Of a stretch of DNA of 64,000 nt, positions 61,740-64,000 are shown piece by piece; position 1 is the stretch's first letter, and each line of letters opens with the position of its first letter. The position numbers and the translations under genes were made by a program. This DNA comes from Raillietiella orientalis (Eukaryota): the NCBI GenBank assembly GCA_036172245.1, contig JAYWIR010000037.1, positions 1,674,001 to 1,738,000 on the forward strand, given 5' to 3'. The notes under the pieces are model-generated. The model was not told where the DNA came from and searched no databases. It saw only the letters and a program-made list of their open reading frames with translations.

Positions 61740-61970
61740 TCGAACCCACAGAGCTCCCAAACTGAAGTTCCGTTCTCTGGTTGTCAGACCAGAGGTCGGT
61801 GGTTCATGCCGTGTTCCAACTAAAGCCATCGCACCGAGCCCTTTTTCTATGTGGAAAGTCTTGAGAAAGACACATTCGTGGAGTTCCGTGAAGAAACAAA
61901 AGTTTGTCGAGAGAACCTTCGAGAGAGACGTACAGCAGGAATTCATAATAAATGGTTGTTGTTATTAATC
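61740..61970 (+). repeat. Possible tRNA-derived SINE remnant
   Basis: B-box-like GGTCGGTGGTTCATGCC and an AATAAA + TTG/TTA tail. The body is loosely similar to 30590-30755. Confidence 0.3.
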
Positions 61971-62849
61971 AGCACATGAATCCTGATCGTGATAGAATAA
62001 AAAAAAAAAAAAAAAAAGGTTTCGATTGAAGCATCTATTCATTTGATTGAGTTTTTCCATTTACAAATTTCACATCTCCTTAAAACTCTAGTTGAAAAGC
62101 AGAAGGCTTACTTCCGCACCATTTCAGTGTAATATCCTCATAACATTGCCACGCAGCCTTGGGTCAAGCTGCAAATAAGAAACGGGCAAAAGAATAAAAG
62201 AAGCCAAGAGAGCCACGTCTGAGTGTGTTCCAGAGCTCCCCCTCTAGCAGCAGGAGCAGCGAGTGCACGCGCTCGTGTCGAAAGGTCTCTCAGATCCAAG
62301 GCGAAGATGTGTGACCATCCTTCAAGCAAAGCAATAGGTGCAGCAATAAATTAAGGATTGGGATCGAACCGGCTATAGATTTCGAAAGATCGTGGATTTA
62401 GCGTTACTTTCAAAATGGAATTACAGAAAACGTTTTCATTTATTTCACGAAAGAATAAATGCTCGAAATGTGGTTGATAAGATCAAAAGACATGAGGGTT
62501 GCGTATTCACAACATGTGGTTGTTTGCGCAGCTCAAACAGGAGATGAAGTTTCTCTGACAGACACTCAGCTGACATTTAATAAATTCTCGTTTTCAGAAG
62601 GATCCTCGTTTTAATCTCTTCTCCTCTTCTCAGAAGATCTGAACTGAAAATGCTCTCTCATTGCTTGCCGAATGTGGGCTCAGTAGAGAAAAAGCCTCTA
62701 CAAGAATCTTTGGGGCTGTTAGATTATGGAGCAGTTCATTTATTGAAGTCATGGCACTAAAATCACGTCGAGATGCTTGAGTCACGCTGAATTCCTGGAA
62801 TACTAAGTCCTGAATACTACAGGTGGCCTCATGCTGGAAAGATCCCATT

Positions 62850-63400
62850 ATTCTCTGCCCTCAATAAACCTATTAATTTTGTCATACTGACAGAATAGCA
62901 GTTGGCAAGGATTAACTGTGAAGAAAGTTTCAACAGTTGGCAACTGATTCGAATTCCTTGCTATTTTGTTGCAAATCCAGTCACCAGCCTTTGGGAACTG
63001 TAGACTTTGGGATGTACCTATACTTGCATTCATTTCTGGACGACCCACGTTCATCTAGTTCCCATTTTCTCTTTTCTGCTTCCTTTGTAGAAAATGAGCT
63101 TTCCATACAAATGTGCTAAAAACGGTCATATCTCGGTTTCTATGGCGGACGCGTCCTGAGATGTGAAAAGCCTTTTGAATCAGCTGATCCAGATGGACTG
63201 CATGTGTACACGACGTACACGCATTCTCTCGGAAATTTGAAGTTTCGTGCGATTATGCTTGTTGCCATCCAATCGGATATCTATGGAAGACGGAAACTGG
63301 AGTCCTTGACACCAAGCGGCTGACCAGTGAAGCTCATCTTCCATAGCCCAAGTTTTCATCATCAGTGGCAAATCAGAAATAATCTTCATTCCATTTTTAT
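62850..63400 (-). mobile_element. CR1-like post-RT fragment
   Basis: ISDLPLMMKTWAMEDELHW...CQGL...IRLDG (QxDLxxLxxW...LxFN..KC...YxLxG) and VGRPEMNAS (VRPxLEYAS). Confidence 0.4.
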
Positions 63401-64000
63401 ATGTTCAAGGACAAAAATTCCGAATTCTTTGAAAATACTGCTATTCGAAATCGGAACGTTTGAACAAATTAGTGATTAGTGAAGCTTCGTGGAGCTTACA
63501 ATAAAGGAATCTGTAAAGGCAAGGAGTAAGGAGCGATTTGAGGCTCCGCGAACATCACAATCATTAGAATCATCCAGACTCTAGCAGCTCCTTGATGAGT
63601 GAACTGAGAAGAGCAAATCGGATGGAGTTAAATGGAGGAAAACAATTTGGAAATACTGGATTCTCCTTTAAGTTGAGCACTATGAAAGATTTCATCGCGT
63701 TCAAGAAACATGAAATTATGCGAAAATTAGAAAGTTCCATCTTTGAGTTGCTCAGTGCTTAAGCAAACTGCGAGATGATTCCAACCGTAGCTCTGATTTG
63801 GATCTTGCCATCCGATCAATGGACGGGAATTCGTCTGAGAACTCAGGAATAATTATCACCCTACCTGATCTCTGCATTAGGGATAAGAAATTATGTTGCA
63901 TTTTTGCCTCATATGGGATGCGTTGTTCCCTGATCCGCCCTTTCATACTCCGGAGATTCCTCTCCACCGAGGCAGGCTCCTATATCCTGAAGGATCTTGT

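Noticed and set aside
1..64000. Strand bias of TE remnants implying a host intron; CRISPR arrays, rRNA or intact prokaryotic/viral genes
   Set aside because: Remnants occur on both strands in similar numbers. No regularly spaced repeats, rRNA motifs or long intact ORFs were seen.

Overview
This is eukaryotic nuclear DNA, most likely from a pancrustacean arthropod. That inference comes from an embedded mitochondrial fossil that uses the invertebrate mitochondrial code and has the order cox1-(trnL2)-cox2. The window is almost entirely a graveyard of old, frameshifted transposable elements. Non-LTR retrotransposons include CR1/L2-like RT and 3' ends, a family with an SGNH-esterase ORF1, and a stack of L1/Tx1-like fragments at 45.7-51.9 kb. 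DNA transposons include piggyBac, pogo/Tigger, Tc1, Sola-like, Academ-like, a Helitron helicase and a possible hAT. Non-TE content I can support: (i) two NUMT fragments (nad5-like at ~10.1-10.4 kb; cox1/trnL2/cox2 at ~15.8-16.6 kb) that are collinear and may be one ancient insertion; (ii) a compact + strand gene at ~5.1-6.4 kb with short introns, encoding a possible SEA-like domain, a TM helix and a cytoplasmic tail; (iii) a sharp GC/CpG peak at ~47.3-52 kb built from decayed retroelement sequence and carrying two long pre-miRNA-like hairpins. Nearly all ORFs in the supplied track are spurious or antisense to TE remnants. I found no intact novel multi-gene system. All family calls come from by-eye motif recognition in hand translations, not database searches, and TE boundaries are approximate.
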